Shown piece by piece: positions 1 through 11,291 of a stretch of DNA of 64,000 nucleotides. Location: positions 294,931 through 358,930 of the forward strand of contig CAWDFY010000002.1 in NCBI GenBank assembly GCA_963801745.1, written 5' to 3'. The notes under the pieces were generated by a model. That model searched no databases. It was not told the origin of the DNA and saw nothing but the letters and a program-made list of their open reading frames with translations. This DNA comes from an uncultured Chloroflexia bacterium. GTDB lineage: Bacteria; Chloroflexota; Limnocylindria; Limnocylindrales; CSP1-4. Position 1 is the first letter of the stretch. The number at the start of each line of letters is the position of its first letter. Made by a program: the position numbers and the translations under genes.

Positions 1-278
1 AGGCGCAGCCCGACCTGGTATGTCGCCGACAGGTGCAGGCTGGTCCGGTTGACACGCCCAGGGGTGATGTCGCTGCCGGCCGTCCGGGACGCCGCCGCTC
101 GCGTCGTTGACGAGCGCGCGCCGAGGTCCTGGCTCTCGACCGCGTCGGGCAAGGTCCGCGAATCGCGCAGGTCCGTCAGCCGCGGATCGCACGCGAGCGC
201 TGGCCCGATGATCGACAGGACGAGCAGGACCGCCAGCCCGAGCGAGGCGGCGACGCGGACGGATGTGCGCGGGGGCAT
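1..278 (-). CDS. Secreted protein, partial (runs off the left edge)
   Basis: Manual translation MPPRTSVRVAASLGLAVLLVLSIIGPALACDP... has a signal-peptide-like N-terminus; TACGAT -10-like hexamer 8 nt upstream of the ATG. Confidence 0.5.
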   Translation of the reverse strand, partial: MPPRTSVRVAASLGLAVLLVLSIIGPALACDPRLTDLRDSRTLPDAVESQDLGARSSTTRAAASRTAGSDITPGRVNRTSLHLSATYQVGLR

Positions 279-355
279 CGAGGGGAATCGTACCCTCGCC
301 GGTCCACCCGGCGTTCCCGGACCTTCGTCCGGTGCCGCCGCCTACACTGCCGGGC

Positions 356-1744
356 ATGGCCAGCGGCACCGTCAGCGACGCCTTCCTCGCGGCGATCCGC
401 GAACGGCTTCCCGCGGTCCGGCTGCTGACCGACGAGGCCGATCGCGAGACCTACCGACGCGACGAGACGGCGTACCTGCCGGCCGGTCTGCCGGGCGCGG
501 TCGCGTTGCCGACCGAGACGGCCCAGGTCGCCGAGCTGGTCCGGATCTGCGCGGAGTTCGACGTGCCGATCGTGCCCCGCGGCGCGGGCTCGGGCCTGAG
601 CGGCGGCGCGGCCGGCATCGACGGCGCGCTGACGATCGCCTTCACCGCGATGGACCGGATCCTCGAGATCGACGCACCCAACCTGTGCGTGATCACCCAG
701 CCCGGCGTCATCAACGCCCGGCTGAAGGCCGCCGTCGCGGAGCATGGGCTGTTCTATGCGCCGGACCCCGCCAGCTTCGAGATGTGCTCGATCGGCGGCA
801 ACCTGGGCACGAACGCCGGTGGGCTGTGCTGCGTGAAGTACGGGCAGACCCGCGAGTCGGTCCTGGCGCTCGAGGTCGTCATGGCCGACGGCAGCGTCAT
901 CCGGACCGGCGGCCGCAATGTCAAGGACGTCGCCGGCTACTCGCTGACCCACCTGCTCGTCGGGTCGCAGGGGACGCTCGGGCTCATCACCGAGGCGACG
1001 CTGCGGCTTCGGCCGACGCCGCCACCACGGGCCACGCTGCTGGCGTTCTTCCCGACGCTCGAGTCGGCCGGCGATGCGGTGGCCGGGATCGCCGCGGCGG
1101 GGCTGTCGCCGGTGACGCTCGAGCTGATGGACCGGTTCACGATCCGGGCCGTCGACGACGTGCACGCGCTCGGGCTCGACCGCGACGCGGCCGCGATGCT
1201 GATGATCGAGTCGGACCTGCCGGCCGCGGCAGCCGACGACGAGCTGGCCCGCGCCGACGCGGTCTGCGCGGGCGTCGGCGCGACGACGACGGTGCGCTCG
1301 CAGACGTCGGCCGAGGCCGACCTGCTGCGGCAGGCCCGGCGCGCCGCGCACTGGGCGCTCGAGAAGCTCGGCGACGTGAAGATGGAGGACGTCGGCGTGC
1401 CCCGCTCGCGCGTCCCGGACATGCTCCGGGCGATCGAGTCGATCGCCGCGCGGCACGAGGTCCGGATCGGGACGTTCGGCCATGCCGGTGACGGCAACCT
1501 CCACCCGGACCTCGTCCTCGAGCGCGGCGACCCGCGCGGCGAGGCGATCACCAAGGCGGTCCAGGCCGACCTGTACCAGGCGGCGCTCGACCTGGGCGGC
1601 ACGGTGACCGGCGAGCACGGCATCGGGTCGGCCCGACGCGAGTGGCTGGAGCCGCAGCGCGGGGCCGACGCCGTGCGGTTCATGCGCGCCATCAAGACGG
1701 CGCTGGACCCGCAGGGGCTGCTCAACCCGGGTCGGGTCCTCTAG
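356..1744 (+). CDS. FAD-linked oxidase (GlcD / D-lactate dehydrogenase family)
   Basis: PRGAGSGLSGG, PDPAS, SIGGNLGTNAGG, HAGDGNLHP, TGEHGIG, LNPG motifs; start set at ATG 356 downstream of TACACT. Confidence 0.9.
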   Translation: MASGTVSDAFLAAIRERLPAVRLLTDEADRETYRRDETAYLPAGLPGAVALPTETAQVAELVRICAEFDVPIVPRGAGSGLSGGAAGIDGALTIAFTAMDRILEIDAPNLCVITQPGVINARLKAAVAEHGLFYAPDPASFEMCSIGGNLGTNAGGLCCVKYGQTRESVLALEVVMADGSVIRTGGRNVKDVAGYSLTHLLVGSQGTLGLITEATLRLRPTPPPRATLLAFFPTLESAGDAVAGIAAAGLSPVTLELMDRFTIRAVDDVHALGLDRDAAAMLMIESDLPAAAADDELARADAVCAGVGATTTVRSQTSAEADLLRQARRAAHWALEKLGDVKMEDVGVPRSRVPDMLRAIESIAARHEVRIGTFGHAGDGNLHPDLVLERGDPRGEAITKAVQADLYQAALDLGGTVTGEHGIGSARREWLEPQRGADAVRFMRAIKTALDPQGLLNPGRVL

Positions 1745-1899
1745 GCCGCATCGCGGCGAGTCATCCGTCCGTCGGTGGGCTGCGCATGAACGGGCAAGCC
1801 CCGACGGAGGAGTCGCGACGACGTCGAGGGTGACCGATCGACCGGACCCGTGGAGGAGCCGGTCGCCATCCCCGACCAGAGGAGGGATCGCATCCCACC

Positions 1900-3075
1900 A
1901 TGAGTTCCAGAAAGCTGGCTGCGTTCGGCGCAGCGATCGTCGCCTTGACGGTCGGTGCCGCTCCGATCCTCACCAGCGCAGCCGATCACCTCGACGCGCC
2001 GGCCCTCGGCCGGACCACCATGAATGGCCAGATCGATATCGCCTCGTTCCGGGGCGACCGTGACATCAACGATGTCTACGTCTTCCGCGCTCCCGACAGC
2101 TCGAAGCGGACCGTGCTGGCGATGACCGTCAACCCGGCGATCAACCTGTTCGGCGGCAACTTCGGGACCAACGTCCGATACGTCTTCAACATCGACCGCA
2201 ACGGCGACAACAAGGCGGACACCGCCTACGTCACCCGCTTCGGCCGTGTCGATCGCGGCGACGACGACAAGTACCCGGAGCAGGACTACACGATCAAGAA
2301 GTACACCGGCAGCGATGCCCGCTCGCTCGACGACGGGAAGACCGTCGCGTGGGGCGAGTCCAACGAGGGCGGCGCCAAGACGAGGCAGAACCTGCGGGCA
2401 TGGGCCGGTGTCCGGTCCGACCCGTTCTTCTTCGACCTGCTCGGGTTCATCGGCACGACCACGTCGCTGACCGGGACCCAGGTCGGCACCGACACGCTCG
2501 GTGACGGCGACGCCGACAACGACTTCTTCAAGAACCTCAACACGAACGCGATCGTCCTGTCGATCCCGAACTCGCAGCTGCCCGACACCATCGGCGTCTG
2601 GGCGACGACGCAGTATCGGAGCGACGGGAAGTGGCGCGCCGCCGACCAGATGGGTCGACCCGCCATCAACACCGTGTTCAACCCATCGGCCGACAAGGAC
2701 CTGTTCAACCGGACCCCGCCGCATCGCCAGGCCACGGCCTCGGGCGGCAAGTTCCGAACGAACGTGATCAACGGCCTCAAGTTCTTCTCGAGCCTCGACA
2801 GCGAGGGTGCGTACTCGGATCCGCAGGCCGCTGCACTTGCCGGCGTCCTGATCCCCGATGTGCTCGTCTACAGCCGCTCGAGCTCGCTTCCCGCGCCGCT
2901 CAACGGCCGGGCGCTGGCCGACGACGTGATCGACGTCGAGCTCAACGTGACCACCGGCGGCGACCCGCTGGGCCTGTTCGCTGATCGCAACGCCACCGGC
3001 GCCGTGCCCAGCGACGGCGTTGGTCCGCACACCGACTACCTGGCGCGCTTCCCGTATCTCGGGCGGCCCCACTAG
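1900..3075 (+). CDS. Secreted DUF4331-family protein
   Basis: Signal peptide then ADHLDAP, DINDVYVF, GVRSDPFFFD, QMGRPAINT, NGRALADDVID, FPYLGRPH. Confidence 0.85.
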   Translation: MSSRKLAAFGAAIVALTVGAAPILTSAADHLDAPALGRTTMNGQIDIASFRGDRDINDVYVFRAPDSSKRTVLAMTVNPAINLFGGNFGTNVRYVFNIDRNGDNKADTAYVTRFGRVDRGDDDKYPEQDYTIKKYTGSDARSLDDGKTVAWGESNEGGAKTRQNLRAWAGVRSDPFFFDLLGFIGTTTSLTGTQVGTDTLGDGDADNDFFKNLNTNAIVLSIPNSQLPDTIGVWATTQYRSDGKWRAADQMGRPAINTVFNPSADKDLFNRTPPHRQATASGGKFRTNVINGLKFFSSLDSEGAYSDPQAAALAGVLIPDVLVYSRSSSLPAPLNGRALADDVIDVELNVTTGGDPLGLFADRNATGAVPSDGVGPHTDYLARFPYLGRPH

Positions 3076-3083
3076 CCGGATCC

Positions 3084-3116
3084 GTGGGCGGGCGACCCCT
3101 TGGGCCGCCCGCCCAC
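3084..3116 (+). other. GC-rich intergenic hairpin without U-tract
   Basis: GTGGGCGGGCG (3084-3094) pairs perfectly with CGCCCGCCCAC (3106-3116). Confidence 0.6.
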
Positions 3117-3140
3117 CCGCAGAAAGGGACGTTCTCACCC

Positions 3141-4545
3141 ATGTCCTCGCCGAGCCGCAGCATCCCCCTCCGCCGACCACGGGCGATCGGCCTCCTGGTG
3201 GCGGCCGCGCTCGTCGTCGTCGGTTCTTACGCCTCGATGGCGTTCCGCCCGGCTCCGGGCACGCCGGGGGTCCCCGCGGATCCCGCGACGGCCCCGGAGG
3301 TCGCGGCTCCCGAGGCTGCAGCCCCGATGGCCTCACCCGGCATGGCGGCGATCGACGGCGGCGGCAGCCCGGTCGGTTCGATCGCGCAGATCGATCATTC
3401 GATCGACGCGTGGTCGCGGAACCTCGAGGGCAACCCCAGCGACTTCCTGGCGTCGACGAACCTCGCCCTCCTGTATCACGGACGGGGTCGCCTCAGCGCC
3501 GACCTGACGGACTACGAGCGGGCGCTGGCCGCGGCCCGGACGGCGCTGGCCATCGTGCCGACGCATGCGCCGGCTCGCGCCGCGGAGGCCTCGATCCTGT
3601 TCTCGCTGCACGACTTCGATGGCGCCCATGCCGCGGCCGACGCGCTCGTCGCGCGACGACCCGTCCCAGCTCGGCGCGCTCGCGACCCGCTTCGATGCCG
3701 CGGTCGAGCTCGGGCGCATCGATGACGCGCGGGCCGACCTCGCCACGCTCGCCGACCTCGGCGGTCCGGCGGTCCGCATCCGCGAGGCGCGTCTCGCCTC
3801 GGTGACCGGCGATGCGGATCGAGCGCTCGAGTCCGCTCGCGCGGCTCGCGCCGAGGCGCTCGAGGACGACGCCGAGGATGTCGGGTTCTACGCCTACGCC
3901 GTCGGGGAGTACGCACGACTCGCCGGCGACGTCGTCGCGGCGCGCGCCGGGTTCGCCGATGCGCTCGCGGTCCGCGACGACGACCTCGGCGCACTCGTCG
4001 GGCTTGCCCGGATCGACGCGAACGACGGCCGGATCGATGCCGCGATCGACGGCCTGCGACGCGCCACGGCGATCGCCCCGCAGCCGGAGTCGCTCGCGCT
4101 GCTCGGCGACCTGCTGACGACGCGCGACGAGGCGGCGGCGACCGAGGCGTATGCCACCGTCAGGTTCATCGAGCGGCTGGGCGACGTGCAGGCGATCACG
4201 TTCGATCGGCAGATCCTCCGGTTCGAGCTCGATCACGGGGGCGCCACCGACGATCTGCTCGCCCGGGCGCGACGGTCCCTCGCCGAGCGGCCCGACTGGT
4301 CGGGTCATGACACGGTTGCCTGGGCGTTGTACCGGCTCGGGCGGTTCGACGAGGCGGCCGCGTCGATCGCCGCCGCACGCGCGCTCGAGGCGGACGATGC
4401 GCGCCTGCGCTACCACGACGGCGCGATCCGGATCGCCGCCGGCGACCGAGCTGGTGGGGAGGAGCTGCTGCGGTCGGCGCTCGAGCTCGGTCCGGCCCTG
4501 GATCCGATCGAGCGACAGGAGGTTGCCAGCCTGCTCGACCGCTAG
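3141..4545 (+). CDS. Membrane-anchored tetratricopeptide-repeat protein (one frameshift near 3650)
   Basis: N-terminal TM helix and Ala-rich TPR-like helices; joins ORFs 3084..3725 and 3565..4545; usual neighbour of DUF4331. Confidence 0.8.
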
Positions 4546-4796
4546 GGTCCGGCGTACAGGCGGATCCACTACGGCCTCGCGACCGCGGTCGTCACCGGCC
4601 GAGAGATCCGGGCCAGTCTCATCAGGAACGTCGGGGCGAGCGAGCGAATGCACGCCGTCGAGCAGGGGTACCGCACCGAGCGTGGGGAGTTCGGCACATG
4701 CCGGAGTCATGTTCTATTCGGGGTGTGGCATGACCGTGGTTTGTAGCGAGCCTTAGTTGCCGCTCGTCACCTCAAATCAGCACTCGCATCGATTAC

Positions 4797-5976
4797 CTAC
4801 CGAGGAGTCTCACCTACTCGGTCTGCAGCGGGAATCGCTGCGCTTCCTGTTTGAACCTGTGGGGAAGGGTTGGACGGTAACTGCGCAACGCCTTCGGCGG
4901 GGACTGCAATAGGTGTCGTCTGACCAAGTGGTGGGGTTTCCTTCGCCTCTTCCTTATCGTCATCGGTGGTTTGTTCGGCAGATCCTCGCGCGACAAGCAT
5001 GTCCTGAAAGAATCGCTCACTGAACCCCGCGAGGAATGCGAATGCTGCGTAGTACGAGTAGTCGCGGGCATTGCCCTCTGGCTTCTTGAGAATGTCGAAG
5101 GCTTCGCCGTCAATGAACAGGAACAGCCCGACGCCGGCTACGGCGCCTACAACCGGGCGTACGCCCCCCAGGATCCACAACATCCGCTTTCCGGCCTCTT
5201 GTCTGAGCCGGAGGCGACCCGCAGTCATCCGTGACAAAACGCTGAATATTGCCCCCAAGGCACCCCCGATGACACACCCGGCCACTATGTCGACCGCGTG
5301 CACATCCGTCCGCGGCAAGAAGGGCGCCACCAAGGCGAGACCTGCCGCCACGCCAGCAAGGGCAACTGCCCCGACCACCATGCCCTCGAAGTACGAGAAC
5401 TGCGCTCGTCGCTGTGCCAGGCGATTGAACAGCTGACGAGCTTCGCGGTACCGCTGCTGGCACGCGGCCAATGAGTCGCTGTAAAACTGGCTGGACAGAG
5501 GGGCCTTTGGCTTCTTGGCGTGCTCGGCCAATGATCGCTAAGTACAGGACGTTAGTCATCACTTCGAAGAGGGAACCTAGCAACCTGCTGCGGTCGCGAC
5601 CTTCGAGCAGTTCATCTGCAGCCACACCGAGGGCGCCGCAGTCATCGAGTAGTGCGACAAGTTCTGCGCGCGTCGTTTCATTGTTGTTGAGCGATACGTA
5701 AAGCTTCGGTTCGGTGGATAGCCAGACCCCGCCGGGGATGTATGCGCACCAGTATTCTCTGTCCAGACCCACGCGATCTATCAGCCGGCGACGGCCGGCT
5801 GCGAGCTCGTCCCATGCCCCAGCCCGAACGGCTGGAGGTGCCTTGATGACACCGTTCGCGACGTAGAACGAGTAGGCAATGTCGTTGAAAAGGGCTCCGG
5901 CCTGTCGGTCTTCAAAGTCGGCCGGGGCCGTTTGCGCGACCGTCTCATCCTCGAGTATGGCCGGCTCTTCATCCAT
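4797..5976 (-). CDS. Hypothetical membrane protein with C-terminal GFSER-type TM module (one frameshift near 5531), in a lower-GC segment
   Basis: ORF 5110..5976 (to ...VLYLAI) continues into 4797..5531; GALGAIFSVLSR, RPVVGAVAG, FAFLAGFSERF. Confidence 0.7.
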
Positions 5977-6253
5977 GGCGTCCCCCTCCGATCGATGGGG
6001 CTGCGCAAGGTGCTGATCTGACGGTCCTTCCGCACCTGCGCGCTAGTCAGTCTAGGGACGCTGGTCCATCGACTCCCCGCGCGGCACTCTTCATGGCTTA
6101 TGCCCGATGCTCGCGCTGGGCGGCGATCCAGTCCGGCCCGCCTGCTGCAGCACGCGGACCCGCCCTCGGTACATCGTCCGGCCGCATGCCTCCCCACGTC
6201 GCGATCCAAGCGCGGCGCGGCACACTGATCCGCTCTTTGAAGGCGTTGTATGA

Positions 6254-6295
6254 TGCACACCTCATGCGTGCACATCTGTTCTGCACATCTGTGCA
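6254..6295. promoter_or_regulatory. Probable operator of the SorC/DeoR regulator
   Basis: TGCACA at 6254, 6269 and 6282; TGCACATCTGT repeated 13 bp apart; TGCACA-TC-TGTGCA palindrome at 6282-6295, just upstream of the start codon. Confidence 0.55.
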
Positions 6296-6310
6296 ACGGC
6301 GACCGATCGC

Positions 6311-7234
6311 GTGACGGCCGACCACGACCTGCTCGTCCAGGCCAGCCGGCTCTACTACGAGCTGGGTGAGACGCAGAACGCCATCGCGGATCGGCTCGGC
6401 GTCACCCGTCCGCAGGTCAGCCGGCTCCTGAAGCGAGCGCGCGCCGAGGGCATCGTCGAGATCCGGATCGTCGACCGCGACACGGCCGAATCGCCGGCCG
6501 CGGCGGAGCTCCAGGCACGCTTCGGGCTCGACGCCGTCCACCTCGCCCCGACGTTGAGCGGGCCCGAGGACCTCACGCGTCGCATCGTCGGTCGTCTCGC
6601 CGCACAGGTCCTGCGGGCGAACGTCCGCGACGGGGCGATCGTGGGCATCGGCGATGGCGCATCGGTCGCTGCCGTCGCGGACGCGCTGGACGACGCGGCC
6701 ACGCCGGTCCGGGCCACGGTCGTGCCACTGGCCGGCGGCTACTGGTCGACCGGTCCCGACCGCGACCCGTATCGCCGGATCGCCGACGCGTTCGGTGCCC
6801 AGCCGCACGGGCTGATGGCGCCAGGGCTGCTCGACGACGCGGCCACGAAGCGGTCGCTCGAGTCGCACGCCGGGGTGCGCGCGGTCCTCGACCTGTGGGA
6901 CCGCCTCGACGTCGCGCTGTTCGGCATCGGTGGCCGGTCGTGGGGCGTCGCATCGCTCGGCGCCGATGTCGCCGGCTCCCTCGACGCGGCCGCCGCGATC
7001 GGGGAGATCCTCATCGCGCCGTTCGACGTCGAGGGGTCCTTCGTCTGTCCCGCCCTGCGCGAGCGCGTGCTCGCGTTCGATGCGCGCGATCTCGGCCGGG
7101 TGCCGGTGGCGATCGGCGTCGGGGCAGGGGAGCGCAAGGTGCTGCCGATCCTCGGAGCGCTGCGGTCGGGCGCGGTGCGGACGCTCGTGACCGACGTCGC
7201 CACCGCCGAGGCGGTCGTGGAACAGGCCGCATGA
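6311..7234 (+). CDS. Sugar-binding transcriptional regulator, SorC/DeoR/LsrR family
   Basis: ASRLYYELGETQNAIADRLGVTRPQVSRLLKRAR HTH plus sugar-binding domain ending GALRSGAVRTLVTD. Confidence 0.9.
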   Translation: MTADHDLLVQASRLYYELGETQNAIADRLGVTRPQVSRLLKRARAEGIVEIRIVDRDTAESPAAAELQARFGLDAVHLAPTLSGPEDLTRRIVGRLAAQVLRANVRDGAIVGIGDGASVAAVADALDDAATPVRATVVPLAGGYWSTGPDRDPYRRIADAFGAQPHGLMAPGLLDDAATKRSLESHAGVRAVLDLWDRLDVALFGIGGRSWGVASLGADVAGSLDAAAAIGEILIAPFDVEGSFVCPALRERVLAFDARDLGRVPVAIGVGAGERKVLPILGALRSGAVRTLVTDVATAEAVVEQAA

Positions 7235-8670
7235 CCACGCCGGCGACCGCCATCCTCGGCATCGATCTCGGGACGACCGAGGTCAAGGCCGGTCTCGTCG
7301 GCCTCGACGGTCGCCTGCTGGCGATGGCCCGCGCCGGCTACGGGCTCGATGTCGGCGGCGGGCCGGGCCGGGCCGAGCAGGACCCGGGCGCCTGGTGGGC
7401 CGCGGTGGTCGTCGCGGTCCGCGCGCTCCGGCCACCGGAGCCCGTCGACGTGGTCGCGATCGGCGTCGACGGTCATGGCCCCACCCTGGCCGCCGTCGAC
7501 GAGCTGGGCGAGGCCACCCACCCAGCCATCACGTTCCTCGACACGCGGGCGACGGCCGAGGCCGACGAGCTGGCCGCCGCGACCGGCATCCGTGGCTGGG
7601 CGCTCGGCCCGCTGCCCGCCGCGCTGTGGCTGGAGCGCCACGAGCCGGACATCGCCGACCGGACACGCTGGTACCTCGCGACCTGGGAGTGGCTGGCGTT
7701 CCGCCTGACCGGCGTCGCCGCCGCGCCGCAGGTGCCCGGCCAGGCCATCCCGGATCCGGCCGTCGTCGGCGCCGCCACCGGTCTCGCCACCGACCGGCGC
7801 CCGTTCCCGACACGGATGGGCGAGATCGTCGGGGAGCTCACCGGCCCCGCGGCCGAGGCGCTCGGGCTGCGTGCCGGCATCCCGGTCGCGGGTGGCACGA
7901 ACGACGCGTTCGCGAGCTACATCGGCGCCGGGCTGACCCGGCCGGGCGACGCCTACGATCCGGGCGGCTCGGCCGGCGGCTTCGGCGTGTACTGGCACGA
8001 GCCCCTGGAGGTCCCCGGCGCGTTCGTCACGCCCGCGCCCCTCGAGGGGCTGTTCAGCGTGGGCGCGGCGATGGCGGCGACCGGCCGGGCGCTCGACTGG
8101 TTCCGCGACGATGTCATCGGCGGTGGCGTGACGACGGAACGACTGCTCGAGGAGGCCGGCACGACCCCGGCGGGCGCCGACGGCGTCGTCTTCGTGCCGT
8201 ACCTCGCCGGTGAGCGGTCGCCCATCTGGGACCCGGCCGCCACCGGGGCATTCGTCGGCCTGACGCTGGCCCACGGTCGCGGCCACCTCGTCCGGGCGAT
8301 CCTCGAGGCGAGCGCGCTCGCGATCCGCCACGTCGCCACGCCGATGCTCGAGGCGGGCGTGAAGGTCACCGCGATGCGGGCCTGCGGCGGACCGGCCCGG
8401 AGCGAGACATGGAACCAGATCAAGGCCGACGTCACGGGCTTCGAGGTCCTCGTCCCGGCTGTGCTCGAGACGGCCGTGCTGGGCTCGACGATCCTCGGAG
8501 CCGTCGGGATCGGTGCCTGTCCGGATGTCCCGTCGGCCATCCGGTCGATGACGCGCATCGAGCGCCACCTCGAGCCGCGGCCGGAGTGCCGCGCGACGTA
8601 CGACCGTGCCTACGCCGTCTACACCGGGCTGTATCCGGTGCTCTCACCGCTGCTCGCAGGCACACGATGA
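7231..8670 (+). CDS. FGGY-family carbohydrate kinase (xylulokinase-like)
   Basis: LGIDLGTTEVKA, GGTNDA, PYLAGERSP, GGPARS; ATGA overlap with upstream gene. Confidence 0.9.
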   Translation: MTTPATAILGIDLGTTEVKAGLVGLDGRLLAMARAGYGLDVGGGPGRAEQDPGAWWAAVVVAVRALRPPEPVDVVAIGVDGHGPTLAAVDELGEATHPAITFLDTRATAEADELAAATGIRGWALGPLPAALWLERHEPDIADRTRWYLATWEWLAFRLTGVAAAPQVPGQAIPDPAVVGAATGLATDRRPFPTRMGEIVGELTGPAAEALGLRAGIPVAGGTNDAFASYIGAGLTRPGDAYDPGGSAGGFGVYWHEPLEVPGAFVTPAPLEGLFSVGAAMAATGRALDWFRDDVIGGGVTTERLLEEAGTTPAGADGVVFVPYLAGERSPIWDPAATGAFVGLTLAHGRGHLVRAILEASALAIRHVATPMLEAGVKVTAMRACGGPARSETWNQIKADVTGFEVLVPAVLETAVLGSTILGAVGIGACPDVPSAIRSMTRIERHLEPRPECRATYDRAYAVYTGLYPVLSPLLAGTR

Positions 8671-9450
8671 CCGCGTTTCCGGGCGCCATCTCGGTCGACG
8701 GCGTCGACCTCGCCTTCCCGACCCGCGGCGGCGGACACCTGCCGGTCCTCGACGGTCTCAGCCTCGCCGTGGCGGGCGGCGAGATCGTCGCGCTGATCGG
8801 TCCCAACGGATCCGGCAAGTCGACGCTGCTGCGCGTGATGGCCGGGCTGCTCCGGCCGGCGCGCGGCACCGTCACCCTCGACGGCGACCCGATCACCGCG
8901 CCCGACGCCCGGATCGGGCTGGTCTTCCAGGAGCCGCGGCTGCTGCCGTGGCGCTCGGCCGCGGACAACATCACCTACCCGCTCGAGCTGGCCGGCTGGC
9001 CGCGACCGCGCCGCGACGACCGGCTCGCGGCACTCACCGAGCTCGTGGCGCTCGATCCGAGCGTTATGGGCAATCGCCCGTCCGAGCTGTCGGGCGGCCA
9101 GCGGCAGCGCGTCGTCGCTCGCCCGGTCCCTCGCGATGGAGCCCGGGGTGCTGTTGCTCGACGAGCCGTTCAGCGCGCTCGATGCGCTGAGTCGCGAGCG
9201 CTTCGACCTCGAGCTGTTGCGCCTCTGGGAGCAGGCCGCCCCGACGATCGTGCTCGTCACCCACAGCATCAGCGAGGCCATCCTCGTCGCCGACCGGGTG
9301 GCCGTCCTGTCGGCTCGCCCGGGGCGGGTCGTCGCCGACATCCCCGTCGAGCTGCCACGGCCGCGGTCGATCGCGGATCTCGACGCCGCCGTCGTGACGC
9401 GCACGGCCCGCGAGATCCGCCGGCACCTCGGGGAGGAGGCGGCCGCATGA
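8667..9450 (+). CDS. NitT/TauT-family ABC transporter ATPase (frameshift near 9120)
   Basis: [26 protein letters not shown], then [10 protein letters not shown] and LVTHS in the second frame. Confidence 0.9.
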
Positions 9451-10196
9451 GCCGCAGCGCGCTCGCGTCGGTCGCCGTCGCGCTTGTCGTGTTCGTGCTG
9501 GTCTGGCAGCTGGTGGTGCTCGTCAGCGGGTTCCCGCCGTTCATCCTCCCGCCGCCGGCCGACGTCGGCGCCCGCTGGCTGGCCGCGTGGGGGGCCGGGA
9601 CGATCCAGCCGCACCTGCTCACGACGCTCGGCGAGGTCGCGCTCGGGTTCACGGTCGGGGCCGGGACGGCACTGGTCGTCGGCTACGCGCTGGCGCGCAG
9701 CGCCCTCGTCGAGCGCGTCCTGTCGCCCTATCTCGTTGCAGCGCAGGCCACGCCGATCCTCGCCCTCGCGCCGCTGATCGCCCTGTGGTTCGGACCGGGG
9801 CTGGCCGGCAAGGTCGTGATCTGTGCGCTGATCGTGTTCTTCCCGGTCGCCGTCGCCACGATGGTCGGCATCAGGTCGGTCGATGCCGGCCTGCTCGAGC
9901 TCGGCCGGGCGCTGCGCGCCACCCGTCGCCAGGTCCTGACGACGCTCGAGATCCCGGCCGCGCTGCCGAGCATCCTCGGCGGGATGCGCGTCGGCGTGAC
10001 GCTCGCGGTCGTCGGCGCCATCGTCGGGGAGTGGGCCGGTGCCGAGCGCGGGCTCGGCGTGCTGATCAACCTCGCCCGGGGGTCGTTGTTCGACATCCCG
10101 CTGATGTTCGCCACGCTCCTGACGATCGCGCTGGTCGGGATCGCGCTCTATCTCGTCGTCGTCGTCATCGAGCGCCGCCTGGTCGGCGCCCGCTAA
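9447..10196 (+). CDS. NitT/TauT-family ABC permease
   Basis: Hydrophobic; [31 protein letters not shown] motifs. Confidence 0.9.
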   Translation: MSRSALASVAVALVVFVLVWQLVVLVSGFPPFILPPPADVGARWLAAWGAGTIQPHLLTTLGEVALGFTVGAGTALVVGYALARSALVERVLSPYLVAAQATPILALAPLIALWFGPGLAGKVVICALIVFFPVAVATMVGIRSVDAGLLELGRALRATRRQVLTTLEIPAALPSILGGMRVGVTLAVVGAIVGEWAGAERGLGVLINLARGSLFDIPLMFATLLTIALVGIALYLVVVVIERRLVGAR

Positions 10197-10220
10197 CCTG
10201 CCCTCTCCCTGGAGGTATCC

Positions 10221-11286
10221 GTGTCGTCGCTCCGCCCCGTCATCGTCCTCGCCGCGCTGGTCGCGGTCGTCGCCGCGTGCAACGCCGGCCCCGGGCGCGT
10301 CGACCGCCGCCCCGAGCGCGCCCGCTCCATCCGCCTCGGCCGGCGCTCCGCGCGACGAGCCGAGCCAGGCGCCGGTCGCGCTGAACGTCGGGCTCGGCTT
10401 CATCCCGAGCGTCCAGTTCGCCCAGTTCTACCTGGCCGACCAGGCCGGCTACTACGAGGAGGCCGGCCTCGACGTGACCTTCCGGCACGGCACCGACTAC
10501 GACGTCGTCGCGCTGGTCGGGCAGGGCGAGCTCGACCTCGGTCTCGCCGACGGCACCAGCGTCATCCCGGCCGTGAGCAACGGCATCCCGGTCAAGTACG
10601 TCGCGACGATCTACGGCCGCTTCCCGTCGGTCGTGTTCGCCAAGTCCTCGACCGGTATCGAGGAGGCGTTCGACCTGCGCGGCCGCAAGCTGGGCATGCC
10701 GGGTCGCTACGGGTCGTCGTGGATCATGCTCCAGGCGCTGCTCGGCTCGGCCGGTCTGACGCCGAACGACCTGGAGATCGTCGAATATCCCGACTTCGGC
10801 CAGGGCGCCGCCGTCGCCCAGGATGCCGTCGAGGCGGCGACGGGGTTCACCAACAACGAGCCCGTCCAGCTCCGCCTCGCCGGCGAGGAGGTCAACGTGC
10901 TGCGCGTCGACGAGATCGTGCCGCTGCCGGGTAACGGCCTGATCGCCGGGGAGGCGGCGCTCGGATCGAAGTCGGACGCGATCGCCGGCTTCATCGCCGC
11001 GACGCTCCAGGCCATGGAGGAGATCTCGGACGATCCCGCGGTCGGTCTCGACGCGGCCGTCACGGCCGTGCCCGATCTTGCCGCGAACCGTGAGACGCAG
11101 GCGGCGATCCTCGACGCGACGATCGAGGTCTGGCGCGGGCCCGTCCAGGAGGTCCGTGGGCTGGGGGCCATCGAGCCGGCCGACTGGGAGGCATCGGTCG
11201 AGTACATGACCAGCCTCGGCCTCGTCCCGAAGCCCGTGACGGTCGACCAGCTCATCGATCCGGGCCTGCTGCCCGGCACCGGCTGA
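10221..11286 (+). CDS. NMT1/THI5-family ABC substrate-binding lipoprotein, RibY/ThiY-like (frameshifts in the N-terminal linker)
   Basis: Lipobox VAAC; GFIPSVQFAQFYLA, DLRGRKLGMPGRYG, GFTNNEPVQL. Confidence 0.85.
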
Positions 11287-11291
11287 GCGCC

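Noticed and set aside
4545-6310. tRNA/tmRNA attachment site or integrase at the edges of the low-GC inserts (also 44167-47240)
   Set aside because: No cloverleaf, CCA end, direct-repeat att pair or recombinase gene could be found by eye
10197-10220. Xanthine (NMT1), purine, FMN or TPP riboswitch ahead of the ABC SBP or the purine genes
   Set aside because: Intergenic gaps are too short and no conserved riboswitch core was recognised; an Infernal/Rfam scan would confirm
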